From contig JBHLLF010000003.1 in the NCBI GenBank assembly GCA_048885865.1, positions 1 to 64,000 on the forward strand: 64,000 nt of DNA. The letters run 5' to 3'. Source of the DNA: Candidatus Hermodarchaeota archaeon. Lineage in GTDB: Archaea > Asgardarchaeota > Thorarchaeia > Thorarchaeales > Thorarchaeaceae. Under the pieces are notes generated by a model. It had not been told where the DNA came from and ran no database searches. It saw only the letters and a list, made by a program, of their open reading frames with translations. The position numbers and the translations under genes were made by a program. Below, in pieces: positions 7,316-17,876 of the stretch (positions are counted from its first letter, which is position 1; each line of letters opens with the position of its first letter).

Positions 7316-9775
7316 TTAGGCTAGACTCACGCTTCTAGCCGCATACTGCAACGATTCATTGAAGTATTTTCCAATGATTTTGGCTATTGCAGGGCCAATA
7401 ACATAATTGATATCTCCTGGCATCAGCTGCTTCAGATTTGTCTTTGCAGTTATCCTACCGTTCCTACGGAGAGTTCTAATCTCCCGGTCCACTATCGATC
7501 TTGCTTCTGTCAGGGTCACTGGTTTGGCTGTTGAACCAATAAGACCTTGTTTAATGTCAGTTATAGACCTCATTACAAATATCGCTAGGTTCTCAATGTC
7601 GTTGCTCGGAATCATGTTGGTTGCCTTATGTGTTGGACACGTGTTATCTGGAGGCGTTTCGCCGCAGACTGAACATAGCTTTCGACCTCTACTAGTTCGG
7701 ATATAGAATGCAAGGAGATTGGCGCATTTCGAATCATCGTTTGTATTCCATTCAAGACCCTTGACACCTACTCTCCCAATAGCTCTAAACACAGTCTGAC
7801 TCTTAGTATAGATCCAAGTCAAGACATCAAGTGAGGCTTTCATACTCTCTGCCACTTTCTGTTCCTCAAGCTTGGCCTCGAGCACCAATTCCTCCTTGGC
7901 AAGCTTCTTTCTGCGCTCAGTTCTAAGAAACCGATGCATGATATCGTATGCAATTGCATAGTTATCAAAGTCCAACTGATCTGTCACGAGTTCGGTATCT
8001 ATCACGCCTTCAAAGACAGGACTTGGGGTGCTATCAAGTTCTGCTTTCGCAGCAGTCATATCCTTGTTGGATAGCCGAGCGTGCATCCATGAAGTGATGT
8101 CTGGGGCTTGTAGGTCAGGATAGGCCGTCTTCAGTTCATAGATTCTCTTGGAAGCTAAATCGATGAGGATTTCCTCTCGAAGAGCCTGAAGGTCAGTTTC
8201 GGGACTCTCATAGATACTCTTGAGAAGAGCCTTGATGCGCAAGAGATCCTGTTTGGAGCGGATATATGTTTCAACCACACGTGAGAGATTTGTAAGTATA
8301 CCTGATGTAAGATGCCATACTAGGTCGAACTTGAGAGCCGCAATGGTTTCACCATGGCGACGATGTCGAACTATATCTGAGGAGGAGGACACGCCAATAG
8401 AGCTGAGTGCACCCTGCTTCACTTTCTCACGCGCCTCAAGAAGTCGCTTGACATCTTCTGGAGAGGGGACTCTGGTTTTCTGCTTGAGAGCCTCCAGAAC
8501 TGTGACCTCAAAACCAATGAGCGAGTCCCGGTCCTTGGCTAGAGTTTCGATTGTGAACTTATCAAGCTCTGATGCCCTGAGACCCTGAGCCTTCAACGCT
8601 CCTTTTACAGGTCGTTCCAAAATGTTCTCAAGCTTGTCTATTGCTTTAAGCGATCGCTCCAAGTAATCCATCTCTACTTCGCTGATGGCAGAACCCTCTG
8701 CTTCGGTTTTCTCAGTCTTTGCTTCCTCCGCAATTCTGAAGCCCTTGACCAAGTCAGATGGGTCTGACAGACCCTTGCGCCTTAATGCTGCAGCGATATC
8801 CGTGGACGGTATTTGCAAGAGATGGGAGAGTAGGTCGAAAGCCTGTGCTGGGTTGGCCTCAATTGCTGATGCGACATCCTCAGACACTCTATCGACAAGT
8901 TGCTTCTCGTAGTCGTCAAGTGTGGTAGAGCTTGTCAATTGCATTTCAACTGCTGACAGAAAGTTTAGACGAATCTCATGAGCACGCTTGATGGTGGCCA
9001 GTTCATCAGCTGGTTTGCAGTATCTATTTGCCACATCCTTTGCGATTTCGCTCATTGTTGCTGGATATGTCATGGACTCAGCGATATGTGCACTGGCATA
9101 GCGTGGCTCACCCCAAATTCGCCTTAGGCCTTCTTTCAGGACTGTAATCTCAATTACTTCTGCATCGTGTTCTCGAAGGACCTCCTCCCGTAGAGACATT
9201 GCGGTTTCTTTGAGACCAGATGCTTTGGCATATAGCTCGTCTCTCAGATTTGAATCATATCTCGTCAACTGATTGAGAAAGTCAACATCATGATTCTGTG
9301 AGAATTCATTCGGAATCATTCCTAGAAATTCCTTGAGGATTTCCCCGGTTCTTGTGACTGTTTCATCATCAGCAGGATTTCTGCTACCAAGTTCATCGCA
9401 AAAGCGTATAACGAATTGACTGAGTATTTTCCCGACTGCGACTTCTTCTCGTTGTTTCGATCCAAGGAGTTTGCGGACTTCATTTTCCAACTGGACTCTT
9501 GTCTCTACACCAATCTTCTCCTGTTCTTCAATGGTGAGATTCTGAGCATCTTCAATAGTATGCAGACGGACTCCTTGATAGCTCTGCAAATAGAACGATG
9601 CAAAAGCTGCAAAGACTTCATCCAGAGGCCGGGGTTCAGGAATCATTTCATGGAATATCTGTCGAGCTCTTGTGCTTCTTAGATGAGTAGCTAAAGCCTC
9701 CCGAAGGATAAGTTCCTTGCCAGCCTCACTCATCTGACGTGTCTTAATGATCCAAGAACTTGACAAATCAGACAC
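7316..9775 (-). CDS. Large helical hypothetical protein with a C-terminal Zn finger
   Basis: 819-aa ORF with CSVCGETPPDNTCPTH; overlaps the upstream gene by 8 nt. Confidence 0.85.
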   Translation of the reverse strand: MSDLSSSWIIKTRQMSEAGKELILREALATHLRSTRARQIFHEMIPEPRPLDEVFAAFASFYLQSYQGVRLHTIEDAQNLTIEEQEKIGVETRVQLENEVRKLLGSKQREEVAVGKILSQFVIRFCDELGSRNPADDETVTRTGEILKEFLGMIPNEFSQNHDVDFLNQLTRYDSNLRDELYAKASGLKETAMSLREEVLREHDAEVIEITVLKEGLRRIWGEPRYASAHIAESMTYPATMSEIAKDVANRYCKPADELATIKRAHEIRLNFLSAVEMQLTSSTTLDDYEKQLVDRVSEDVASAIEANPAQAFDLLSHLLQIPSTDIAAALRRKGLSDPSDLVKGFRIAEEAKTEKTEAEGSAISEVEMDYLERSLKAIDKLENILERPVKGALKAQGLRASELDKFTIETLAKDRDSLIGFEVTVLEALKQKTRVPSPEDVKRLLEAREKVKQGALSSIGVSSSSDIVRHRRHGETIAALKFDLVWHLTSGILTNLSRVVETYIRSKQDLLRIKALLKSIYESPETDLQALREEILIDLASKRIYELKTAYPDLQAPDITSWMHARLSNKDMTAAKAELDSTPSPVFEGVIDTELVTDQLDFDNYAIAYDIMHRFLRTERRKKLAKEELVLEAKLEEQKVAESMKASLDVLTWIYTKSQTVFRAIGRVGVKGLEWNTNDDSKCANLLAFYIRTSRGRKLCSVCGETPPDNTCPTHKATNMIPSNDIENLAIFVMRSITDIKQGLIGSTAKPVTLTEARSIVDREIRTLRRNGRITAKTNLKQLMPGDINYVIGPAIAKIIGKYFNESLQYAARSVSLA

Positions 9776-12437
9776 CTCCTATGTTGCGAAGGTGAGTATC
9801 ACCTACGGCTACGGTGAGTTCATTGCCCGTCTGTTCATATGTCACCAGATAGATGATTTCCGGATTCTTAGGATCTCTTAGATATGCTCGGGTCGCACGT
9901 GGCAGCAATTTGCCTAGACTCCGAATCTCCGTGTTACGCAGGTATTCCAGAAAGTCTTCCCCAATCTCAATCGTCAATTCAGATGACACAGCTGATGCCT
10001 CCGAGAGCATTTGCTTCAGACTCTCTGCGAAGACTTGCTTCATTTTGTCTTGAGCTGCATCCATACTGTCTAACTGCTTGGTAAGCAGGTCTCGAAGACC
10101 AATATAGTGGTGCATTTCTGGCGGCGGAATGGGCTTCTCTGGAACTGGAATCTCCTCCATCTCAGGGAACTGATTATTCACCTCAACGATTCTCACGTCG
10201 AGAGATTGTGGACGTGTCGGCTCAGTTGGTAACGGAGGTGGTTCAATAACTGCGGGAGAAGTTTCACTTAGTGCTGGAGGAGGTACTTCCTCAGCCAATG
10301 CCTTTGCAGCCTCCAATGCTCTGCGATACTTCTCCATATCAATGGCATATTGGGCTTTCTCCTCATTATACTGAGATTCAGCTAGAGCAATAGCCTCTGC
10401 ACGTTTTCTGTTATTCTCACGAATGGGTTGATTTTCTGACTCAATGCGTTCGCAGGTTTGTTCCCAATCTTCTACAATTAGCTGGTATGCCCTTTCCTGC
10501 TGATTGGCTTCGAAAGTAACCTTATCTACAATGGCTTGCGCGGTTGAACCCAAACCTACTTTGTTATGGACATATCTAAGAAGTGCCAAGAATTTCTCAG
10601 GTGTTTTCATCTGAGGCTCAACCGTTTCCAGATACCCTCTGACCCATAGCCTAGCCTCACCTCTCCATTCATCGGGTTTTTGGGTCATGTTTTCTATGAA
10701 CTCGCCAATTTCTTTTGTTAGATCTGCGCCTTCACCAAGGACTTTGTCAATGACCTTTCTTATCAAGGTCTTTGATAGCAGAGTATCGGCGACACTGGGA
10801 ATGATATTCAGAACGAGGTCCTCAAAGGTTCCCAATATTGCCAAGATGGCCTGTCCATCCTGAGAGACTTCTTGGCTTTCTGACTCACTGGCATACTTGG
10901 AGGTAATCTCCGATTTCGTTATTTCAGCTACATCACTAAATCCGACAAGATCCCATATCTCAAAGCGTTCGAAGGCCTCCAGCATGTCCTTGTTGATGAT
11001 GGCCAGAATTTCATCCAAGTTCCGGTAAACTGAGCCTTCGTAGGACACCCTATCGAAAATGGCATTCATTTGAGAATGCAATTCGACATAGAACTTGTCG
11101 AAGAGCATCTTATCTATGGCTTCATCAGTGAACCTTTTCATCTCATCTTGGAATCTGTTCAAGGCAGTCATGAAAGCCTGGCGGGCAGCGGTAACGACTA
11201 GAAACTGATTCATTGCATCTGAGAAATAGCGGGTTGTGCGTTTCGCATAGAGGTTAAAGTATGATACAGTGCTGCCGAGCCTCCATGCTCGTACTTCTGG
11301 AATATCATAGAAGCCGCGCTGTGCAGATTTCACCAGCTCTTCTGTGAGTGCCTCTGCGATTATCTTTCTGAATCCAACGAATAAGTCAGCATTCATGTCA
11401 ATTTGATTCAATATCTCCGTCTTATGATCAGATAAAGAGAGTGTCTTTCCTGACGTGACATGTTGCTCCGTTATCTTCTCAAAAGACTCAACAGAATCGG
11501 CGACTAATGATACAAACTCGTCCAACTCCCTCTTGAATGAGTGCAGATCACGGAGTGCCACCTCACTTTTACCAAGAAATTCGGTGAACTTCCCAGTGAT
11601 AGCATTTGCAATATCGACTTCTTCTATGCTATAGGCGTACATATTTAGCTCACTAAGAATTGCCCGTCCAGCTTCTGGAACCTTGACAGCAATTGCATCT
11701 AGACCGCGGGGAGTGAGTATTCTATGCTTGAAATGCCTGAGAACCTTGTCTTCACTCTCCCGTGGCAGGAAAAATTCGAGAAGAGTACGGTCCATGACTT
11801 TTACCCCAGGCGGAAGAAGCGTGAAGTCTTCTCGGAAGTTCATGGTCACTTCAATCTCTTTGTCCACATGCTCAGATTTGAGCTGAAGAGAGTCCCAAGA
11901 TGCTTGAAAACGTCTGTCCAGCATCTCGACGAAGATAACGCGATTGAGGCGGTCATTGAACCTTCTGAGCACGGGCAGGCCATGAGTTTCGTAGCTCATT
12001 CCATTGCTGATAATTGCACTCTCTATATCGGACATCTTCTTGGAGAGCGTCTGCATGTGTTCGTCAATCTTGAATGGATCAACTGCGCCCTTTTCCCAAC
12101 TTAGGATGACAACATGAGATCCAATACCTTCGGAAGTACCTCCGGCAACAACAAGTTGCTCAGGAAGAACTCCAGGACCTGGTTTTCGTTCCAAGTCCCA
12201 TTCAAGTGATAGAAGTTCGAGACCCTCAGCGTCCAGGAGAGCATCACGTATCGTGAAAACAAGAGGGGCGATATTCATCGCTACCACATCCGAGTTCTCC
12301 TCCATCATGCTCCCTGAACCCACAGCACTTCCTAAAGGATAGCCTAGATTCGTGGTAGTACCAAGAACTGAAGCAGATGCCATTCTAATGGCCTCCACTG
12401 TGCTCGGAGTGTCGACTTTCTTTTCGGTCCGACTCAT
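9768..12437 (-). CDS. Large hypothetical protein: possible N-terminal longin/roadblock-like domain, helical body, coiled coil with Pro-rich loop
   Basis: 889-aa ORF; N-terminal beta-beta-alpha-beta-beta-beta-alpha pattern; coiled coil flanking PPPALSETSPAVIEPPPLP. Confidence 0.8.
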   Translation of the reverse strand: MSRTEKKVDTPSTVEAIRMASASVLGTTTNLGYPLGSAVGSGSMMEENSDVVAMNIAPLVFTIRDALLDAEGLELLSLEWDLERKPGPGVLPEQLVVAGGTSEGIGSHVVILSWEKGAVDPFKIDEHMQTLSKKMSDIESAIISNGMSYETHGLPVLRRFNDRLNRVIFVEMLDRRFQASWDSLQLKSEHVDKEIEVTMNFREDFTLLPPGVKVMDRTLLEFFLPRESEDKVLRHFKHRILTPRGLDAIAVKVPEAGRAILSELNMYAYSIEEVDIANAITGKFTEFLGKSEVALRDLHSFKRELDEFVSLVADSVESFEKITEQHVTSGKTLSLSDHKTEILNQIDMNADLFVGFRKIIAEALTEELVKSAQRGFYDIPEVRAWRLGSTVSYFNLYAKRTTRYFSDAMNQFLVVTAARQAFMTALNRFQDEMKRFTDEAIDKMLFDKFYVELHSQMNAIFDRVSYEGSVYRNLDEILAIINKDMLEAFERFEIWDLVGFSDVAEITKSEITSKYASESESQEVSQDGQAILAILGTFEDLVLNIIPSVADTLLSKTLIRKVIDKVLGEGADLTKEIGEFIENMTQKPDEWRGEARLWVRGYLETVEPQMKTPEKFLALLRYVHNKVGLGSTAQAIVDKVTFEANQQERAYQLIVEDWEQTCERIESENQPIRENNRKRAEAIALAESQYNEEKAQYAIDMEKYRRALEAAKALAEEVPPPALSETSPAVIEPPPLPTEPTRPQSLDVRIVEVNNQFPEMEEIPVPEKPIPPPEMHHYIGLRDLLTKQLDSMDAAQDKMKQVFAESLKQMLSEASAVSSELTIEIGEDFLEYLRNTEIRSLGKLLPRATRAYLRDPKNPEIIYLVTYEQTGNELTVAVGDTHLRNIGGV

Positions 12438-12531
12438 CTTAAAACCGCCTAGTGGTAAATCGAAATATCTAGGATAGAATGAGAGGATAGTGCAAGGCTA
12501 ATTATTGAATGTAGCTCGAATGGCCTCAAAT

Positions 12532-13539
12532 CTAAATCCGAGTCCAAACTCCTCTTTCATCGACTCTTACCAATCCGGCCCCTTGAAGTCCCTGCAACAC
12601 GACCGTTATTGTTGTAACTAGCAGGAATTCGTAGGTCTGTGGAATGGGTATGCTACGCGACTCTCTTATGTCGAACACAAGTTGTTCCACATCTGCATCA
12701 TCTCGGGCTTCGAGATGATGCAATATGCTGTCTTGAAAATGGATGATGCCATCTCCAACTTGCTCAAGTAATAATCGGACATCCTCAAAGAGGTGCGGGA
12801 TATCATGTCCAGGCAATAGATAATCAGCTCCAAGGGACTTCATGTAAGAAATGGCGTTACTTCGTGCAGCCATACTCCCACTCAGGTCGATGTAGAACTT
12901 CCTGGGATCATTTGGGAAGTTGCTAGCCTCATCCCCTGTGAAAAGAATCTTCTTTGCTCTATCATGAAATACACAATGACCTGCACTATGACCCCCCGTA
13001 TGAATGACGTGTAATGTAATATCTCCAACATTCACTGTGTCTCCATTTCGGAGTTTCCTGAATGGTTCCACTCCTTTGTAGTTCACTCTAAGCGGCCCTC
13101 TGTCTACCTTCATTGTCATGCGCTCTGCAACATCAAGAGACATTCGCTCTTTTAGGAAAAGCTGAGGGTCCTCAAGGATAGGAGCATCCTCCTCTCCAAT
13201 TAGTACAGGAGCGCCGGTTTTCTTCTTCAATCTGTGTGCGCCTCCTACATGGTCTGGATGCCCATGTGTACAAAGAATTCCCACAACATCACCGGAACCA
13301 AGGCCAAGATTGCGTATCAGGTCAATAGTGTTATCTCCAGGGTCTCCAGCAGTGCCAGGATCTATAACCAGCACGCTTTCCCCACTCACAACTATATAAG
13401 ATGAAATGAAACCAAACTCATCCGCGAATTTTCCTCTAATCATATAGACTCCCGGGATAATCTCTGAGGCTGCCATTGCTATGCTTTTGATAAATGACCA
13501 ATCCTTATGATGATATCGTAGGTTAGTGATGCTTATCAA
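12532..13539 (-). CDS. MBL-fold metallo-hydrolase with C-terminal wHTH-like extension
   Basis: THGHPDHVGG, GGHSAGH, FTGD and PGH motifs; true start probably MAASE. Confidence 0.9.
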   Translation of the reverse strand: MISITNLRYHHKDWSFIKSIAMAASEIIPGVYMIRGKFADEFGFISSYIVVSGESVLVIDPGTAGDPGDNTIDLIRNLGLGSGDVVGILCTHGHPDHVGGAHRLKKKTGAPVLIGEEDAPILEDPQLFLKERMSLDVAERMTMKVDRGPLRVNYKGVEPFRKLRNGDTVNVGDITLHVIHTGGHSAGHCVFHDRAKKILFTGDEASNFPNDPRKFYIDLSGSMAARSNAISYMKSLGADYLLPGHDIPHLFEDVRLLLEQVGDGIIHFQDSILHHLEARDDADVEQLVFDIRESRSIPIPQTYEFLLVTTITVVLQGLQGAGLVRVDERGVWTRI

Positions 13540-13591
13540 CTCCCGAGCTAAGACTCATGCAACGAAACAGATCAGTCGAGGACGCTGCTGA

Positions 13592-14044
13592 ATGAAAGGA
13601 GTCTACGTGCTCATCATCTCTATTTCAGATGATATTGAGTTGCGAATCGGCGCAATTGGACAACAGAAGTTTAAACCTGGCACATGGGTCTACATTGGCT
13701 CGGCGTTCGGGAATGCATCAACAAATCTTGAGCATCGAATTCGAAGGCACTTCTCCAACGAAAAAAAGCCTCACTGGCACATTGACCTGCTACTAAAGGT
13801 CACAGGCCCACCCAAGCAGGTGATTTGGTCGGAATCTGAGAGAAAAAGGGAGTGCGAGATTGCCAGCATCCTAAAACAGCATGAGAAGTTCATTGCAGGG
13901 CCGAAAGGATTTGGCTCGTCTGACTGCAAAGCGAAATGTGGTACTCATCTGTTTAGGCATAGCGGGAACGGGACGGAGGAAACCATACAGAAACTGTTTC
14001 AGGGGATTGGTCTTGAGCCTCGTTCGTTAGAAGCCCTACAATGA
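13592..14044 (+). CDS. GIY-YIG nuclease, DUF123 type
   Basis: KGVY...YIGSA...RIRRH...HWHID.L...GFGSSDC..C..HL. Confidence 0.9.
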   Translation: MKGVYVLIISISDDIELRIGAIGQQKFKPGTWVYIGSAFGNASTNLEHRIRRHFSNEKKPHWHIDLLLKVTGPPKQVIWSESERKRECEIASILKQHEKFIAGPKGFGSSDCKAKCGTHLFRHSGNGTEETIQKLFQGIGLEPRSLEALQ

Positions 14045-14110
14045 AATATGGCACAGGTGGCAAGTGTTAAATGGCTGACATGATGAACTGCATCCACTGG
14101 AGAACTTGCC

Positions 14111-14323
14111 ATGCCAAACTGGAAGGAGATATTCACGGATCTCAATGAAACTCAACAGACCTTCACGGTGTATCTGCGATATACACAGAAAGACACTCTG
14201 GCGAAGATCTTGAATGTTCGAGTCTTTGAAGTACATGATGACTATGTCAAGCTTGAGAATCCAAGTGGGTTTGGGATACTTGCCTACGAAGATGTGCTCT
14301 ATATAGTGATACCTAAAACATAG
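14111..14323 (+). CDS. Small Sm/LSm-like beta-barrel protein
   Basis: 70 aa; N-terminal helix followed by VFEVHDDYVKLE...ILAYEDVLYI strands. Confidence 0.6.
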   Translation: MPNWKEIFTDLNETQQTFTVYLRYTQKDTLAKILNVRVFEVHDDYVKLENPSGFGILAYEDVLYIVIPKT

Positions 14324-14413
14324 CCAGTTCTGGCGGTGCATAAATCCTTATACGGTGAACCTTTTTAACATCGCATCTCAGAAGAGGTTCAGACAAGATA
14401 TTGCGTCTGATAG

Positions 14414-15382
14414 GTGATTGTTCCAATGTCCGCTCCGGTCTATATACCAATTGAAGGAGAGCGTGTTGTAGCACAAGCTGCTGAGTCAGTTATCAGCAAC
14501 TACAGATTGGCTCAGTTCGATAGAGGCTCCAACACTACTGTCAGTGTTCCACTTCACATCATAAAGGAGTACAAACTCACACCCAGGTCCGCTATGTTCA
14601 AGGTTGTGAATGGAATAATCAATGTAATGGGAGCCTTGCCCCGAAGGGAGGAATTACGAGGCGCCTTGGGGCTTCGCGAGTTTGAAGGTCTAAACGCAGG
14701 CGACCAGAGAAAGCTCTGTGAGGTCTGCGGAGTTCCATTCGTTCACCCTGATCATCCATACAATCGATGGACTACCATTGGTTATCACCGAAGGTTCTCA
14801 AGGCATTTCTATTCGACATTTGCATGGCTAAGAGGAGAGGCGGTATTCACCTATTGGCCTGACGCGTTTATTCTGACCAACTATCGCCTCTACATCTTTG
14901 ATGATAGGAAGAAGAAGATGTACATGTTTCCACTCCATATGGTTGAAACCTTTGAGGCTCGGAAGAATAGATTGAAGATTAAAGCAACTTCTGGCGAGTT
15001 TGACATTAGAGGAAGAGTACCGCGACAGGACCACCTCTTGCAGATGTGGCAGCAACGAGAATGGGACGACCTTGGCAAGGACCATCTTGACTGGCTAATC
15101 AGACCATTCAATTATATCAATCCCAGACATCCACTTTCCCAATACACCTATAGTGATTTAGCTTCTGTAGCAACTCCAGTGGCACAGGAAACAAAAGCAG
15201 AAATGGAAGTCAGCTCTGCACAAGCTGGCGCAGGAACTGTATTTGTCAAGCCTGTAATTAAGAATCGCTGTGACCATTGCAATGCTCCTATGTCATGGGA
15301 ATCTATAGATTGGGTCGGTCCTGATCAATATGCCTGCCCAAGCTGTGGTAATAGTCACCGAGTGGACTACGTTCGCATGTAA
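14414..15382 (+). CDS. Tandem PH-like domain protein with Zn ribbons
   Basis: Repeats GERVV...VISNYRL and GEAVF...ILTNYRL; CEVC; C-terminal CDHC...CPSC. Confidence 0.75.
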   Translation: MIVPMSAPVYIPIEGERVVAQAAESVISNYRLAQFDRGSNTTVSVPLHIIKEYKLTPRSAMFKVVNGIINVMGALPRREELRGALGLREFEGLNAGDQRKLCEVCGVPFVHPDHPYNRWTTIGYHRRFSRHFYSTFAWLRGEAVFTYWPDAFILTNYRLYIFDDRKKKMYMFPLHMVETFEARKNRLKIKATSGEFDIRGRVPRQDHLLQMWQQREWDDLGKDHLDWLIRPFNYINPRHPLSQYTYSDLASVATPVAQETKAEMEVSSAQAGAGTVFVKPVIKNRCDHCNAPMSWESIDWVGPDQYACPSCGNSHRVDYVRM

Positions 15383-15385
15383 TGA

Positions 15386-17308
15386 CTATGGATACTTGGC
15401 TGTCCACTCCAGCGATAGCCTGCGAATTGTTTCCTTAGTGGGCAGTCCTGTTTCCAAGTCCCACCCCCTAAGCCTGTAGTAGTCATTAAGCATCGGTTCA
15501 AGATCCACCACTTGGCCTTTGCCAGGGCCTTCAGGCATCGGTTCATCAGTGAAGCGAGCGGGAAGGTTGTCATCCTTACGCGAAATGCCTTCTCTCGCAT
15601 TGAATAGTCGCTTTAAGTTGACCTGTCTCTCCGCTATCTCAATGAGCGTGTCTACGTTGCCAAACTCCTTGACACCCGTTGCCAAAGGCAACATATCTGC
15701 GAAATCCTGCATCCAGAATATTGGTGGCCACGAAACCGAGTACCAACAGACAATCAACGTATCACGGATGCAATAGCTATTCTCAGACTCGAATACTGCA
15801 GTTGCCTTGTATTTCTCTGTGTACGGGTCCACAATCTCTGGGAGCTTGTCGGCGCCCCAGCGCTCAGCAGCTATATCTTCATAACCCAGTTGGTCAACGA
15901 CAACAAGGCTTCTAAGATGGTCGGCTCCTCGAGCGCCAGTCGCATGCCCTAGACCAATGCTCCGATGAGTTCTTCCATCTTGGCCTGATATCTCCATTCC
16001 CTTTACATGAAGCGCGTATTGCTCTGCGCCTTTGCCTATCTTCTGTGCGGCTTTAGCACTCCCTTCTGCGAGAATATCACCGAATCCTTCGCGCCTCCCC
16101 ATCATCTCCAAAAGACGAATGGTCATCGCACGGTCTCCCCATTCTAGGCGAAGGCCGCCAGTGTCCTTCTCATCTATTATCCCGTTCTCAAATGCCTCCA
16201 TAGCAAAACCAATTGTCGCGCCAGCTGAAATGATGTCCATTCCATATCTATTGCATATCTGATTGGCCTTAAGCGTGGTTGGATAATCGTCTATACCTAG
16301 CGAGCTGCCAAAAGCCATGAGACCCTCGTACTCAGGACCTTCTTCAAGTGTCCCAGCAAAAAGGCCCTCACGTACATAATTGACTTTCTTGCAGCCAAGG
16401 CTGCAGCCAAAGCAGGCTCGGTCAGAAATAGTATATCGAGGACGAATATAATCGGCTGCCAGCTTTTCCCAGCCTGAGAATACACCTGTTCTATGGTTAT
16501 ATGTAGGCAGCTCTCCAATCTCTTGTTTCACTGCAGTTAGAATCCATGTTCCCCAACGACCCATCTCCTGAGCTTGGGGATTATCTCTGACTCTTTGATG
16601 AGCTTTCTTCGCTAGATCAGTAAAGCCTTCATGGTCATACACCTCGACAGACCCGTGACCACGAATCGCAATAGCTTTCACGTTCTTTGAACCAAGGACT
16701 GCACCCATCCCGGTCCGTCCTGCGGCTCTGGCATTATTAATTATCACTGCAGAGAAGCGAACTTTATTCTCCCCTGCAGGACCAATCGCCGCAACCTGCA
16801 TATCAGGGTCCTTGTGTTTGGCCTTTATTGCAGCCGTAACATCATTTGTCGTCATTCCCCAGAAATCGCTTGCATCAATAATCTGGAGGTCATCGTCTTC
16901 GATGAGAATATAGACAGGCTTCTCAGCTGCACCTTCGACAACTAGCATATCATATCCAGCATATTTCAACTCTGCTCCAAGAAAACCACCAACATGAGAC
17001 TCGCCCCATATTCCTGTCAAAGCAGCCTTTGATACAAACACAGTTCTCCCGCTCATGGGCCATAGTGTGCCAGTGATGGGGCCTGTGGCGATTAGCAATT
17101 TGTTCATAGGACTAAGTGCGTCTGTCCGCCCAGGCACTTCTTGGTAGAGGAGTTTGGCTGCAAAGCCATCACCCCCAATGTAGTCACGAATCCATTCGGC
17201 TGGAAGGGGTTCAGACTTGAACTCACCATCATTTAGAAGCACACGGAGTATCTTTCCCTTATAGCCGCCATACTTCAAGTCAGCTCTCTCCGCTAGAACT
17301 AGTTGCAT
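15386..17308 (-). CDS. aor: Tungsten aldehyde:ferredoxin oxidoreductase
   Basis: IGPAGE, AAGRTGMGAVLGSKNVKA, C..C...C, EGPEYE, YY.LRGWD motifs. Confidence 0.95.
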   Translation of the reverse strand: MQLVLAERADLKYGGYKGKILRVLLNDGEFKSEPLPAEWIRDYIGGDGFAAKLLYQEVPGRTDALSPMNKLLIATGPITGTLWPMSGRTVFVSKAALTGIWGESHVGGFLGAELKYAGYDMLVVEGAAEKPVYILIEDDDLQIIDASDFWGMTTNDVTAAIKAKHKDPDMQVAAIGPAGENKVRFSAVIINNARAAGRTGMGAVLGSKNVKAIAIRGHGSVEVYDHEGFTDLAKKAHQRVRDNPQAQEMGRWGTWILTAVKQEIGELPTYNHRTGVFSGWEKLAADYIRPRYTISDRACFGCSLGCKKVNYVREGLFAGTLEEGPEYEGLMAFGSSLGIDDYPTTLKANQICNRYGMDIISAGATIGFAMEAFENGIIDEKDTGGLRLEWGDRAMTIRLLEMMGRREGFGDILAEGSAKAAQKIGKGAEQYALHVKGMEISGQDGRTHRSIGLGHATGARGADHLRSLVVVDQLGYEDIAAERWGADKLPEIVDPYTEKYKATAVFESENSYCIRDTLIVCWYSVSWPPIFWMQDFADMLPLATGVKEFGNVDTLIEIAERQVNLKRLFNAREGISRKDDNLPARFTDEPMPEGPGKGQVVDLEPMLNDYYRLRGWDLETGLPTKETIRRLSLEWTAKYP

Positions 17309-17876
17309 CAGCAGTGCGCTGTATCTCTTTGAGGTAGCTTACAATCTTGGAGTGACGGTCAACTGTCCGTACTTTAGATACAGGCCCATAGACTATGGCG
17401 CTAGTAGGACAAACCTTGGCGCACTCAGGGTCTCCATCACAATGGTCACACTTGATAATCCTCATCCGCTCGTTGTCTAGAAGAATCACACCATTGACAC
17501 AAGCACCAACACAGGACTTGCATAGGATGCATTTTTCCTCAACAAGGAATGTCATCTTTGATATTGGGTCCCGTCGCATGGCATAGACTGGGCAAATATC
17601 AATACAAGGTGCCGTTTCGCAAGGTGCACAGACATTTGGGATGTCCACGCCAAGATCGTCATACTTTATTATCTTCAGACGTGCCAGGCTTGGCTGGAAT
17701 TTGCCTTCATGTTTTGCAGAGCAGGCCAATTCACATATTCGACAACCAGTACATTTGGTGAAATCAACAGACAATTGCGATATCAGATGGGCCACCTCAG
17801 GAGTCAACATGATTGCATTGCTGCGGAAAAAGCTTCCTGAACGACAGTTTGCATCTATTCCACTTCCATAACCCAT
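17280..17876 (-). CDS. 4Fe-4S dicluster protein (AOR electron-transfer subunit)
   Basis: CTGCRICELAC, CAPCETAPC...CP, CILCKSC...C, KCDHC...C...CP; real start near 17790. Confidence 0.93.
   Translation of the reverse strand: MGYGSGIDANCRSGSFFRSNAIMLTPEVAHLISQLSVDFTKCTGCRICELACSAKHEGKFQPSLARLKIIKYDDLGVDIPNVCAPCETAPCIDICPVYAMRRDPISKMTFLVEEKCILCKSCVGACVNGVILLDNERMRIIKCDHCDGDPECAKVCPTSAIVYGPVSKVRTVDRHSKIVSYLKEIQRTADATSSSGES

Noticed and set aside
13592-14044. GIY-YIG gene as a homing endonuclease or mobile element
   Set aside because: It matches the stand-alone DUF123 type, with no intron, intein or terminal repeats.
14058-14111. 8-bp inverted repeat enclosing CTGA-C-ATGATGA (possible C/D RNA)
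   Set aside because: The boxes are 1 nt apart with no second box pair, and a TATA-like TTAAAT lies inside the arms.
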